A DNA stretch of 64,000 bases from an uncultured candidatus Brocadiaceae bacterium (lineage in GTDB: Bacteria > Planctomycetota > UBA1135 > UBA2386), in assembly GCA_964418595.1 (NCBI GenBank), contig CAYQMF010000003.1, positions 28,630-92,629 on the forward strand, given 5' to 3'. Position 1 is the first letter of the stretch; every line of letters begins with the position of its first letter. Below, piece after piece: positions 26,266 to 34,503 of the stretch. The position numbers and the translations under genes were made by a program. The notes below the pieces were generated by a model. It worked only from the letters and a program-made list of their open reading frames with translations. It was not told the origin of the DNA and made no database searches.

Positions 26266-27371
26266 CGGCCCGCTTCCGTGGCTTCGCCCAGCGAGCGTGC
26301 CTGCAGCGCGATCCAGATCTTCACCTCGGGCTGCATGCTGATCACGCCGAGCTGGCTCGGCACCGGCACGCCGTAGTCGGGGAGCGAGATCGTCGCCTCA
26401 CCCTCGGCGTGCACGCGCTGGCTCTCGTCCACGCGCAGGCGCACGGGCATGGCCACGGCGCGCGTCTGTCCGCGGATGGTCAGCTTGCCGCGGACCGTGC
26501 CCTGTGTCGTCCTTGCGTCCGCGTCGACCTTCGCGTCGCCCATCGCCTCGACGACGAACGCGATCTCCCTGTGGTCGGTGGTGGCGAGATGCTGGCGCAT
26601 CGCCTCGTTGCGGCCGGCGAGACCCGTGTCGAGTGCGTCGGCCTGGACGCGGATCGCGCCGGTGCACGCCGCCTCCGGGTCGGCGAGATCGAGCGTGACG
26701 GTGCCCGTCAGGGAGGACGTGACGCCGGTGAAGTCGTGCAGCGTGCTCTTCGCATCGAATCCGACGCGCGAGAGGCTCGGCAGGATCTCGAGGCGTTGCC
26801 GGCCGGCGAAGCGGAAGGACTCCGAGGGCAGGGTGAAGGCGAACGCCGAGCGTCGTCGTGGCGGCGCCACCGGCGTCGCGGCCACCGGTTGCGAGGGCGG
26901 CGTGACGATGATGTCGATGGCGGGGTCGGCCACACCTTGCGGCGCGGTGACAGGAGGGGCGACGGGAGGTGTCGCGGTGAGGCGGGTCGCGGACTCGGCG
27001 ATGGCGTCGCGGATCGCGCGTTGACCGCTCGCGAGTGCAGCTACCTCCCTGGCCAGCGCGGCTTGCGCGCCGTGTGCCTGGGCGAGATCGCGGGCGATGG
27101 CTTCGGCGCGCGTCGTCGCTCCCTCTTCCATGGTGTCGGTCACGTGCTGGATCCCCGCAGTCAGCGCCGCGGCGAGAGCGCGGACGTCGCGCTGGATCTG
27201 GCCGATCTCGTCGCGGAGCTGTGCCGTCGCCTGCAGCGCGGGATCCTGGGCGAGGTCCGGCGACACGACGACGCGGACCCGATCGTGCAAGACGGCGAGC
27301 CCGGCTGCGGTGCCGCCCGCGAGCGTCAGCAGCGCGAGGAGGCCGAACCACGCGAGCAGAGTCTTTCGCAT
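26262..27371 (-). CDS. membrane-anchored coiled-coil / Pro-rich linker / YceI-like domain protein
   Basis: N-terminal TM segment (LLAWFGLLALLTLAGG), then about 110 aa of heptad-like Ala/Gln/Arg-rich sequence and a PPVAPPVTAP linker. The C-terminal YceI-like region has VGFDAKSTLHDFTG, GKLTIRGQTRAV and a terminal beta strand KIWIALQA. Confidence 0.75.
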   Translation of the reverse strand: MRKTLLAWFGLLALLTLAGGTAAGLAVLHDRVRVVVSPDLAQDPALQATAQLRDEIGQIQRDVRALAAALTAGIQHVTDTMEEGATTRAEAIARDLAQAHGAQAALAREVAALASGQRAIRDAIAESATRLTATPPVAPPVTAPQGVADPAIDIIVTPPSQPVAATPVAPPRRRSAFAFTLPSESFRFAGRQRLEILPSLSRVGFDAKSTLHDFTGVTSSLTGTVTLDLADPEAACTGAIRVQADALDTGLAGRNEAMRQHLATTDHREIAFVVEAMGDAKVDADARTTQGTVRGKLTIRGQTRAVAMPVRLRVDESQRVHAEGEATISLPDYGVPVPSQLGVISMQPEVKIWIALQARSLGEATEAGR

Positions 27372-27403
27372 CCTGCGCCCCTGGCAAACCCGATGCCGGT
27401 CCG

Positions 27404-27418
27404 GCAGTGCCCGTGCCG
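27404..27418 (-). promoter_or_regulatory. candidate sigma-54 (-24/-12) promoter for the YceI-lipoprotein-MT-MT-PKS operon
   Basis: The minus strand reads CGGCACG-GGCA-CTGC against the consensus TGGCACG-N4-TTGC, with correct GG-N10-GC spacing. The predicted +1 is about 21 nt upstream of the ATG at 27371. Confidence 0.4.
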
Positions 27419-27460
27419 TGCGGCGCGGCAGGCGCATGGCGCCGGGCCGGCTGGTAGGAC

Positions 27461-27486
27461 TTGCACGACCTTTGCAGATCCTGCAA
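27461..27486. promoter_or_regulatory. three phased YTGCA motifs (candidate activator binding site / UAS)
   Basis: TTGCAC-gacc-TTTGCAG-atcc-CTGCAA. The TGCA cores at 27462, 27473 and 27482 are 11 and 9 bp apart and lie between the two sigma-54-like motifs. Confidence 0.3.
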
Positions 27487-27550
27487 CGAGCCGGCCCCGC
27501 TCGACCCGGCGCGCCGCGGCCGCACGCGGCCGAGCTGGCGCGCGGCGGGC

Positions 27551-27566
27551 CGGCACGGCGCGTGCT
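27551..27566 (+). promoter_or_regulatory. candidate sigma-54 (-24/-12) promoter for the MMPL-flavoprotein-YceI-kinase operon
   Basis: CGGCACG-GCGC-GTGCT with correct GG-N10-GC spacing. The predicted +1 (about 27577) is only 2 nt before the ATG at 27579, so the mRNA would be leaderless. This is a weakness of the call. Confidence 0.35.
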
Positions 27567-27578
27567 TGGCGCCGGGCG

Positions 27579-29540
27579 ATGCTGTTCCCCTCCACGCGTC
27601 GCGGGGCCTGGCTGCTGCTGCTGGCGTTGGGCGTGCCGACTGCGTGGCTCGCCCACGTGCAGGCGGGCACGCCCATCGACCCTCGCAACCGGGCGATGAA
27701 GTCGGCGACAGGAGCCGACGCTGCCGCGATCGCGCGCCGGGTCGCCTTGTTCGGTGACGATCGTGCCTTGCTCGCGGGCTTCCACCCTCGCTCGCCGGAC
27801 CTCACGTTCGCGCCCGCCGACGCCGAGCTGCTTGCGCGGCTGGCCCGCACGGTGGGCGGGGTCGACGGTGTGCATCGCGTGGAGCAGATCCCGGCTCCGA
27901 CCGCCAGCGAGCGCCTGTGGCTGATCCACCTGGCCGCGGCCAACGGCGGCGCGGGCGACGAACTCGTCGTCGCGACCGTCGAGGGCAAGCTGCGCGAAGG
28001 TTGCCCCACTCACCTCGCCGTCGACTTCACGGGCCTGCCGGCCGTCGAGGCCGCGATCGCCGCGGCGGTCACCACGGAGCAGCGCCAGATCGTGCCGGCG
28101 ATCGCCGGTGCGCTCTTCGTCCTGCTCGCGGTTCTCTTCCGCAGCGTCGGTGCCGCCGTCGCGGCCATGCTCCCGGCCGGGATCGCGATCGCATGCGCTG
28201 GCGGGGTCTTCGCGCTGACCGGGCACCGGCTCGATCCCGTCGCCGGGCTGTTGCAGCCCGTGCTGCTCACGGTCGGCGTCGCGTACTCGGTGCACGTCGT
28301 CGAGGGGTGTCGTGCGCGCGCCGCCCGCATGGGTCCGGGGCAAGCCGTGCGTCGCACGGTGCGGGATCTCCTCGAACCGAGTCTCCTCGCGACGGGGACG
28401 ACCGTGCTCGGCCTGATCGTCAACGCGCTGAGTCCCATCCCTTCCGTCGTCGACTTCGCGGTGTACGCGGGCTTCGGCGTGGCGGTCGGGATGGCCGCCG
28501 TGTTCTGGGTCTCGCCGGCCGTCCTGCTCGCCTGGCCGGGTGCGCTCGCCGCTCGGCCCCGCGGTAGCCCGACGCGGGCGCGGGGCCTGACTGGGTTTTC
28601 GCGGCGACACGCCGCCAGCATCCTCACCGGCAGCGTGTTGAGCCTGGGCTTCGCCGTCGATGCGTGCCTGCGCCTGACGGTGGACAACGACCCGTTGCGC
28701 ATCCTGCCGGCTGCGCACGGGCTGCGCGTGGAGACGGAACGGCTCGCCGGTCGGCTCGGCGGGGTGGAGCCCTTCGATGTCCTGGTGCCGGCGGGAAGCG
28801 CGCTGATGGAGCCTGCGGCGTTGCGGATGCTCGCCGCGGATCTCGGCAGCCGCGCGGGCGTGGTCGGCCTCGCCGGGCCACCGATCCAGGCCGCCACCGG
28901 CGACGTCCTCCTCCGCGCCATCCTGCCGCGCGCCGGCAGCACGGAGCGCGGCCGGGTCTTCGACGACTTCGAGCGCAGCCTGCGTTGCGCAGGGCATCCG
29001 GAGGTCCTGGTCACTGGCTCGGCGGTGCAGGTCGCGCGCGACTCCAATCGCCTCGTCGCCGGCCAGATCGGCAGCCTGGCGATCACGCTGGTCGTGCTGT
29101 TCGTGGCGATGCTGTTCGGCCTCCGCTCGTTCCGCCTGAGCTGCATCGGGCTGGCGCCGAGTGTCCTGACCAGCCTCGTCGTGTACGGGACGCTCGGCGC
29201 GCTGCATCGGCCGCTCTCGGTCGCCACCGCGCTGATCGGGTCGGTGATGCTGGGGCTGATCGTCGACACGACGATCCACCTGCTCGTGCGCTTCCGGCGC
29301 GCCCGCGCGCACGGGGCGACGCGCGCGGCAGCGGTGGCGAGCGCGCTGGCCCGCGCCGGGCGTGCGGTCGTGTTGACCAGTCTCGTCCTCGGCACCGGCT
29401 TCTCCGTGGCCGGGTTCGGGCGGTTGTCGACCACGGCCGAGTTCGGCCTCCTGGCCGCGCTGACGATCGGCGTTGCCGCGGTGGTCTCGCTCCTGCTCGT
29501 GCCCGCGCTGCTGCTCGTGCGCGAAGGAGGCCGGCGATGA
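27579..29540 (+). CDS. MMPL / RND-superfamily membrane exporter
   Basis: 653 aa from the internal ATG, in frame with track ORF 26241..29540. Topology is TM1, a periplasmic domain, a 5-TM bundle, a second periplasmic domain and a 5-TM bundle, as in MMPL/HpnN-type lipid exporters. Confidence 0.8.
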   Translation: MLFPSTRRGAWLLLLALGVPTAWLAHVQAGTPIDPRNRAMKSATGADAAAIARRVALFGDDRALLAGFHPRSPDLTFAPADAELLARLARTVGGVDGVHRVEQIPAPTASERLWLIHLAAANGGAGDELVVATVEGKLREGCPTHLAVDFTGLPAVEAAIAAAVTTEQRQIVPAIAGALFVLLAVLFRSVGAAVAAMLPAGIAIACAGGVFALTGHRLDPVAGLLQPVLLTVGVAYSVHVVEGCRARAARMGPGQAVRRTVRDLLEPSLLATGTTVLGLIVNALSPIPSVVDFAVYAGFGVAVGMAAVFWVSPAVLLAWPGALAARPRGSPTRARGLTGFSRRHAASILTGSVLSLGFAVDACLRLTVDNDPLRILPAAHGLRVETERLAGRLGGVEPFDVLVPAGSALMEPAALRMLAADLGSRAGVVGLAGPPIQAATGDVLLRAILPRAGSTERGRVFDDFERSLRCAGHPEVLVTGSAVQVARDSNRLVAGQIGSLAITLVVLFVAMLFGLRSFRLSCIGLAPSVLTSLVVYGTLGALHRPLSVATALIGSVMLGLIVDTTIHLLVRFRRARAHGATRAAAVASALARAGRAVVLTSLVLGTGFSVAGFGRLSTTAEFGLLAALTIGVAAVVSLLLVPALLLVREGGRR

Positions 29541-30772
29541 GCGGTGCCCGTGCAGACGTCGACGTGGCCATCGTCGGTGGCGGACCCGCCGGCGCGTCGC
29601 TGGCGATGCGGCTCGGGCGGGCCGGCCTGCAGGTGCTCGTGCTCGAGAAGAAGCGGTTCCCGCGCTTCAAGCCGTGCGGCGAGTTCATGAGTCCGGAGTG
29701 CCTGCCGATCCTCGCCGGCCTCGGGGTGGGGGAAGACGTCGCCGCGCTGGGCGTGCGGCGCGTGGGCGGCATGGAGTTGCATGGCTACGAGCGGCGGGCC
29801 GAAGGTCACTTCGCGCCCGTGGGGGAGACGCCGGCGCCGGCGCCCTTCGGCTGGGCTGTCCGGCGGGAGCGGTTCGACGCCGTGCTGCTCGCCGCGGCCG
29901 CGGCGACCGACGGCGTGACGGTGGCGGAGCGGGCGACCGTCGATGGGCTCGTGCGCGATGCGCGCGGCGTGGTGCGGGGTGTCGTAGTGCGCGAAGGCGA
30001 GGGCCAGCGCGAGGTGCGCGCGCGCTGCGTGATCGGCGCCGATGGCGTTCGTTCGCGCGTTGCGCGGGATCTCGGGGTGCAGCGCCCGGTGCCCTGGCTG
30101 CAGCGCGTCGCGTTGACGACGCGCTACGCGGGCGTCACGCCGCGTGCGTGCGCCGAGGTACACCTGTTCCCCGGTGGGTACTTCGCCGCGACCCCGGTCG
30201 ACGATGGTCTCTTCAGCCTCAACCTCGTGCTCGATCGGGCGGCGGTGCGGGCGCACGACGGGGACTGGGACGCCTTCCTCCGCCGGCACCTGGCTGCCGC
30301 GCCTCTGCTCCGCGATCGGCTCGCCGACGCCGTGCGCGTCGATCCGGTGCGCGGCTGCGGTCCGCTCGCGATGTCGACGACGCGGCAGGTGGCCGACGGC
30401 GCCGCGCTGGTCGGCGACGCGTGCGGGTACGTCGACCCGATCACCGGCGAGGGCGTGTTCTTCGCCCTGCGCGGTGCGCAGCTGCTGGCGCCGATCCTGG
30501 TGGACGCGCTGGCCGGCGGTCGCGCCGACCGGCGCTCGCTGCGCGCCTACGCGCACGCCCGCCGCGCCGAGTTCGGGCCGCGCCTGATGTTCGCGCGGCT
30601 CCTGCAGCGCGGCCTGCGCCATCCGTGGCTCGTGGCCGGCGCGCTGTCGCTACTGGCGGCCCGGCCACGCCTCGCCGACCTCCTGGTGGCGATCACCGGC
30701 GACTACGTACCGGGCCGTGAGCTGTTGCGGCCGGCGGTGTGGTGGCGCGCGCTGCGGGGAGTACCGGCATGA
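29537..30772 (+). CDS. FAD-dependent oxidoreductase, geranylgeranyl reductase / aromatic hydroxylase-like family
   Basis: DVAIVGGGPAGASLAMRL (GxGxxG), GADGVRSRVARDLG and LVGDACGYVDPITGEG. The ATG overlaps the MMPL stop (ATGA). Confidence 0.85.
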   Translation: MSGARADVDVAIVGGGPAGASLAMRLGRAGLQVLVLEKKRFPRFKPCGEFMSPECLPILAGLGVGEDVAALGVRRVGGMELHGYERRAEGHFAPVGETPAPAPFGWAVRRERFDAVLLAAAAATDGVTVAERATVDGLVRDARGVVRGVVVREGEGQREVRARCVIGADGVRSRVARDLGVQRPVPWLQRVALTTRYAGVTPRACAEVHLFPGGYFAATPVDDGLFSLNLVLDRAAVRAHDGDWDAFLRRHLAAAPLLRDRLADAVRVDPVRGCGPLAMSTTRQVADGAALVGDACGYVDPITGEGVFFALRGAQLLAPILVDALAGGRADRRSLRAYAHARRAEFGPRLMFARLLQRGLRHPWLVAGALSLLAARPRLADLLVAITGDYVPGRELLRPAVWWRALRGVPA

Positions 30773-31446
30773 GCGAGCGTCGCGTGGCAGCGCTCGCGCT
30801 GTTGCCCGCCTTCGTCATGACCGCGGTGCTCGTGCTCCACGAGATCCGGCGGCCTGGCCTCGAGCCGGTCGCTGGTTCGCAGGCTCCGACGATCACGTTG
30901 CCGCGACTCCCGGTACCGCGGCTTCGGAGCGGGACGTACGTCGCGTACGATGGCCGGCTGGCCATCTCCGTGCAGGATGCCTTCGACGAACAGATCGTGG
31001 TCGACGACGCGGTGACCATCACGCTGGACCTGGGTGCCGACCGGCGCCCGACGGCGGTCGACATCGCCGTCGACCTCCTGCCGTTTTGCGCGGGGGCCTC
31101 CGACCCCTGGCAGGGCGAGGCGGTGTACGCGCTCCTCGATGCGGGTGCGTTGCGGCAGGCGCGCTTCCTCAGTGAGTCCATCACGACGTCGACGACGACT
31201 GTCGACGGTGTGGATCGCCTGCGCTGCCTCGGCAACCTGACCCTGCACGGCGAGGTGCGGCGCACGATCCTCGATCTGTGTCTCGGCGCCGAGCGCAAGG
31301 ACCGGGCGCGGATGGTGGGGGATCTGGATCTCGATACGCGCGCGTTCGGTCTGCCGGCGAGCTGGCGCTTCGGCGTGGTGCGGCTCGACCCGATCGTGCA
31401 CGTCCGTCTCGACGCCGCCCTCACGCAGCGGCGGAAGGACGACTGA
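30769..31446 (+). CDS. hypothetical membrane-anchored protein, weakly YceI-like
   Basis: N-terminal TM segment (VAALALLPAFVMTAVLVL). The C-terminal GNLTLHGEVRRT...FGLPASWRFGVVRLDPIVHVRLDA resembles the YceI C-terminal strands. The ATGA overlaps the upstream gene, and the stop directly abuts the next start. Confidence 0.5.
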   Translation: MSERRVAALALLPAFVMTAVLVLHEIRRPGLEPVAGSQAPTITLPRLPVPRLRSGTYVAYDGRLAISVQDAFDEQIVVDDAVTITLDLGADRRPTAVDIAVDLLPFCAGASDPWQGEAVYALLDAGALRQARFLSESITTSTTTVDGVDRLRCLGNLTLHGEVRRTILDLCLGAERKDRARMVGDLDLDTRAFGLPASWRFGVVRLDPIVHVRLDAALTQRRKDD

Positions 31447-33003
31447 GTGGCCGGTTCCGACCGCGTCACCCGCCAGGATCGCCGCCTGTCCATCGCCGGA
31501 CAGATGCGGTGGATCGTTGTCATCCTGCTCGCCCTCGTCCTCGGGATGCTCGGCATCGTCGTCGTCGAGGTGCACGGCATCCGGGTCGATCTGCGCCGCG
31601 TCGCAGAGGAGAGACGCGAGGCCGAACTCGCCCAGGCGCTCGTGCTCGACGTCCGCGGCTTCCAGCGGGTGGTCCGGCTGCGCGCCACGAGCGACGTCCC
31701 GGCCGACGCGACGCTGGGAGCACGCGATCAGGTCGGGCACATCGAGGAGGCGATCGCGACCCTCGATCGACTGTCGGCGCCCTCGCAGGACGATCCGTCG
31801 GAGCGTTCGCACGAGGCGGCAGAGACGAGGACGCGCGCGGAGCTGCGGGATCTGCTGCAGCGGGCGCGCATCGCCACCGCGACCGGAGAGGTGAGCGCGC
31901 CGGAGTGGGCGGAGCACGCGGCCACGATGTGTCGCATCGCCGAGTCGCTGGCGATGGAGATCGGCCGTGAAGCGCACGCCGCCAGCCTCGACCTGGATGC
32001 CCGCGGTGGCAGCCTCATGCGCCTCGTGGGCCTGCTCGCGATCGGCGCGGTCTCGCTCCTGATCGCCATCTGCCTGTATGTGCAGCGGCGTGTCGTGCAG
32101 CCGTTGCGCGAGTTGCGCGAGGGCGCGCGGCATATCGGACGCGGTCGCCTGGACCATCCCCTGGCCGAAGTCGGCGGCGCCGAGATCGTCGACCTCGGGC
32201 GTGAGATCAAGGCGATGGCGCGCCAGCTCGCGAGCCACAACGAGGACCTGGCGGCGCGCGTCGAGCAGCGCACGCGTGAACTGATCCGGACTGCGCGGTT
32301 CGCGGACCTCGGCGCGCTAGCGGCGGGGCTGGCGCACGAGATCAACACGCCGCTGGCGTCGATCAGCGCCTGTGCCGAAGGTCTGCTGCGCCGCGGCGCC
32401 AAGAGCCGGCGGCTCGACGACGCGGAGCGCGAATACCTGGAGACCATCGGCCAGGAGGCGGAGCGCGTGCACGAGATCGCGGCGCGCCTGCTCGAGATCG
32501 GCCGCAGCGACTCGCCGGCGCTTGGGCCGGTGGATGTCGCCGCGGCGATTCGCGCGGCGGTGACCCTGTCGCGGCACCGATTCGAAGGGGCGTCGGTGCG
32601 CCTGGTCGCGGAGATCCAGTCCGAGCTGCCGGAGATCGTGAGCAACCCGCAAGAACTGCGGCAGGTGTTGCTCAACCTGCTGAACAACGCCCTCGACGTG
32701 AGCTCGCCGGGCAAGCGCGTGCGGGTGTGCGCCGAGCGGATCGGTTCCGAGGTCGTCGTCGATGTCGACGACGAAGGGCCGGGCGTGCCGCCAGATCTCG
32801 TCGACCGGGTCTTCGAGCCGTTCTTCACGACCAAGGCGGTGGGGCAGGGAACCGGCCTCGGCCTGGCGATCGTGCAGCGCATCGTGGAGCGGCACGGCGG
32901 CCACATCGAGATCGTGGATCGCAAGCCCGGCGCGCGCTTCCGCGTTCGCTTCGCCGTGGCGGAGGACGATCAGTCGGCGCGGTCGACGGCCAGCCGGTTG
33001 TAG
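31447..33003 (+). CDS. sensor histidine kinase (2 TM, periplasmic helical sensor, HAMP, HisKA, HATPase)
   Basis: H-box LAAGLAHEINTPLASI, N-box LLNLLNNALD, and G-boxes DDEGPGVP and GTGLGLAIV. GTG start at 31447. Confidence 0.85.
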   Translation: MAGSDRVTRQDRRLSIAGQMRWIVVILLALVLGMLGIVVVEVHGIRVDLRRVAEERREAELAQALVLDVRGFQRVVRLRATSDVPADATLGARDQVGHIEEAIATLDRLSAPSQDDPSERSHEAAETRTRAELRDLLQRARIATATGEVSAPEWAEHAATMCRIAESLAMEIGREAHAASLDLDARGGSLMRLVGLLAIGAVSLLIAICLYVQRRVVQPLRELREGARHIGRGRLDHPLAEVGGAEIVDLGREIKAMARQLASHNEDLAARVEQRTRELIRTARFADLGALAAGLAHEINTPLASISACAEGLLRRGAKSRRLDDAEREYLETIGQEAERVHEIAARLLEIGRSDSPALGPVDVAAAIRAAVTLSRHRFEGASVRLVAEIQSELPEIVSNPQELRQVLLNLLNNALDVSSPGKRVRVCAERIGSEVVVDVDDEGPGVPPDLVDRVFEPFFTTKAVGQGTGLGLAIVQRIVERHGGHIEIVDRKPGARFRVRFAVAEDDQSARSTASRL

Positions 33004-34313
33004 AGCGTCTTCAGCGAGATCCCCACCGCCTCCGCTACGCGCTTCTTGTCGCCGTCGAAGCGCTCCATCGCCGCCTGGATCGCCAGGCGTTCGAGCTCGG
33101 CGGCGTTCAACGTGGGGAGTTCCTGGCGGCCGGCGCGGGCGCGGGCCAGGACGAACGTGTCGACGTGCTCGGCCTCGATGCGGTCACTGCCGACCATCGT
33201 GGCGAGGCGGGTGATGGCGTTCTGCAGCTCGCGCACGTTGCCCGGCCACGCATGGCCCTGCAGGCGAGCCAGCGCCGCCGGGGTCAGGACCATGGCGCGT
33301 CCCTGCCGGTGCGCGCAGCGCTCGAGGAACCTCGTCGCGAGCAGCGGGATGTCGGCGCTGCGGTCGCGCAACGCCGGCACCGCGAGTTCGAGCGTGGCGA
33401 GGCGGTAGTAGAGGTCTTCGCGGAAGGCGCCCTCGCGCATGAGCACGTGCAGGTCGCGGTTGGTCGCGCAGACCACGCGCACGTCGACGGTGCGCGTGCG
33501 GTCGTCGCCGACCGGTCGGATCTCGCCGAACTGAACCGCCCGCAGCAGTGCCGGCTGCAACTCGCGGGGCAGGTCGCCGATCTCGTCGAGGAACAGCGTG
33601 CCCCGGTGCGCGGCCTCGAACAGGCCGACCCGGGCCCGATCCGCCCCGGTGAACGCGCCCTTGGCGTGACCGAAGAGTTCGCTGTGCACGAGGTTGTCGG
33701 CGATCGCGCCGCAGTTCACCACCACGAAGCTCTCGTCGCATCGCGGGCTCATCGCGTGCACGGCGCGCGCGATCAGCTCCTTGCCCGTACCGTTCTCACC
33801 GAGGATGAGGACGCTGTCGTCGCTGGCGGCGACACGTGCGAGGCTGGTGCGCAGCTCGCGCATGCCGACGCTCTCGCCGACGATGTCGGGGTCTACCGTC
33901 GCTGAGTTGGCGCGACGCAGCCGCGCGTTCTCCTCGCCGAGGCGGCGGTGTTCGCAGGCGCGGCGCAGGGTCTGCTCGAGGATCGCGGTCCGCGTCGGCT
34001 TCTGCAGGAAGTCGTACGCGCCGCCCTGCATGGCGCGGACGGCGTCGGCGACGCTGCCGTGGCCGGTCAGCACCACGACGGGGACTGCGGGCTCGGCACC
34101 GTGCAGCGTCGCCAGCGCCTGATGGCCGTCGACGCCCGGCATCTTCAGGTCGAGCAGCACCACGTCCGGTCGATCGGCGAGCACGCGCGCCACGAGATCG
34201 CGGGCATCGGCGGCGGTGGTGACCGAGAAGCCCAGGTCGGTCAGCTCCCGCGACAGCACCCGGCGCAGCGTGGCATCGTCGTCGACGACCAGGACCTTGG
34301 GGTCAGGCGGCAC
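32970..34313 (-). CDS. sigma-54-dependent response regulator (NtrC family bacterial enhancer-binding protein)
   Basis: Receiver (VLVVDDD...LLDLKMPG...KP), AAA+ Walker A GENGTGKE, GAFTGA loop, Walker B LFLDEIG, and a C-terminal HTH. The GTG at 34313 is my choice and is uncertain. The 3' end overlaps the kinase gene by 34 nt. Confidence 0.9.
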   Translation of the reverse strand: MPPDPKVLVVDDDATLRRVLSRELTDLGFSVTTAADARDLVARVLADRPDVVLLDLKMPGVDGHQALATLHGAEPAVPVVVLTGHGSVADAVRAMQGGAYDFLQKPTRTAILEQTLRRACEHRRLGEENARLRRANSATVDPDIVGESVGMRELRTSLARVAASDDSVLILGENGTGKELIARAVHAMSPRCDESFVVVNCGAIADNLVHSELFGHAKGAFTGADRARVGLFEAAHRGTLFLDEIGDLPRELQPALLRAVQFGEIRPVGDDRTRTVDVRVVCATNRDLHVLMREGAFREDLYYRLATLELAVPALRDRSADIPLLATRFLERCAHRQGRAMVLTPAALARLQGHAWPGNVRELQNAITRLATMVGSDRIEAEHVDTFVLARARAGRQELPTLNAAELERLAIQAAMERFDGDKKRVAEAVGISLKTLYNRLAVDRAD

Positions 34314-34503
34314 GGGCGCGATCGTCGGCCAACCACTCGGCGCGGACAAGCGTCGCCATGCAACCTCGATCGACGACGTCAGGGGTCCGCGTCGGTCGGT
34401 GTCCGGACCCCGGGCGAGGAAACCGATGCGAGACGTGCGCCCCGCGCACATGAGTGTCGCCAAGTCCTTGCGCCCGGTGACGGCAGCGGTACCCACTTCC
34501 CGC

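Noticed and set aside
27382-27396. Third sigma-54-like motif on the plus strand (TGGCAAACCCGATGC, correct spacing).
   Set aside because: It would fire head-on into the better minus-strand motif 10 nt away and would sit upstream of the putative UAS. The -12 element is ATGC. I judged it a chance match, though it is not excluded.
26241-27578. 5' extension of track ORF 26241..29540. The same situation applies to 36544..37134, 40698..41498, 41432..44002, 58935..61574, 28664..29536 and 10980..12254.
   Set aside because: These extensions run antisense through, or out of frame over, well-supported genes and look non-protein-like. Internal starts give signal peptides or TM helices and ATGA/GTGA coupling with the upstream stop.
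34457-34471. TTGC -12-like element upstream of the 34504 gene, as a possible target of the adjacent sigma-54 activator.
   Set aside because: The corresponding -24 region reads TCGCCAA and has no GG dinucleotide at the required position.
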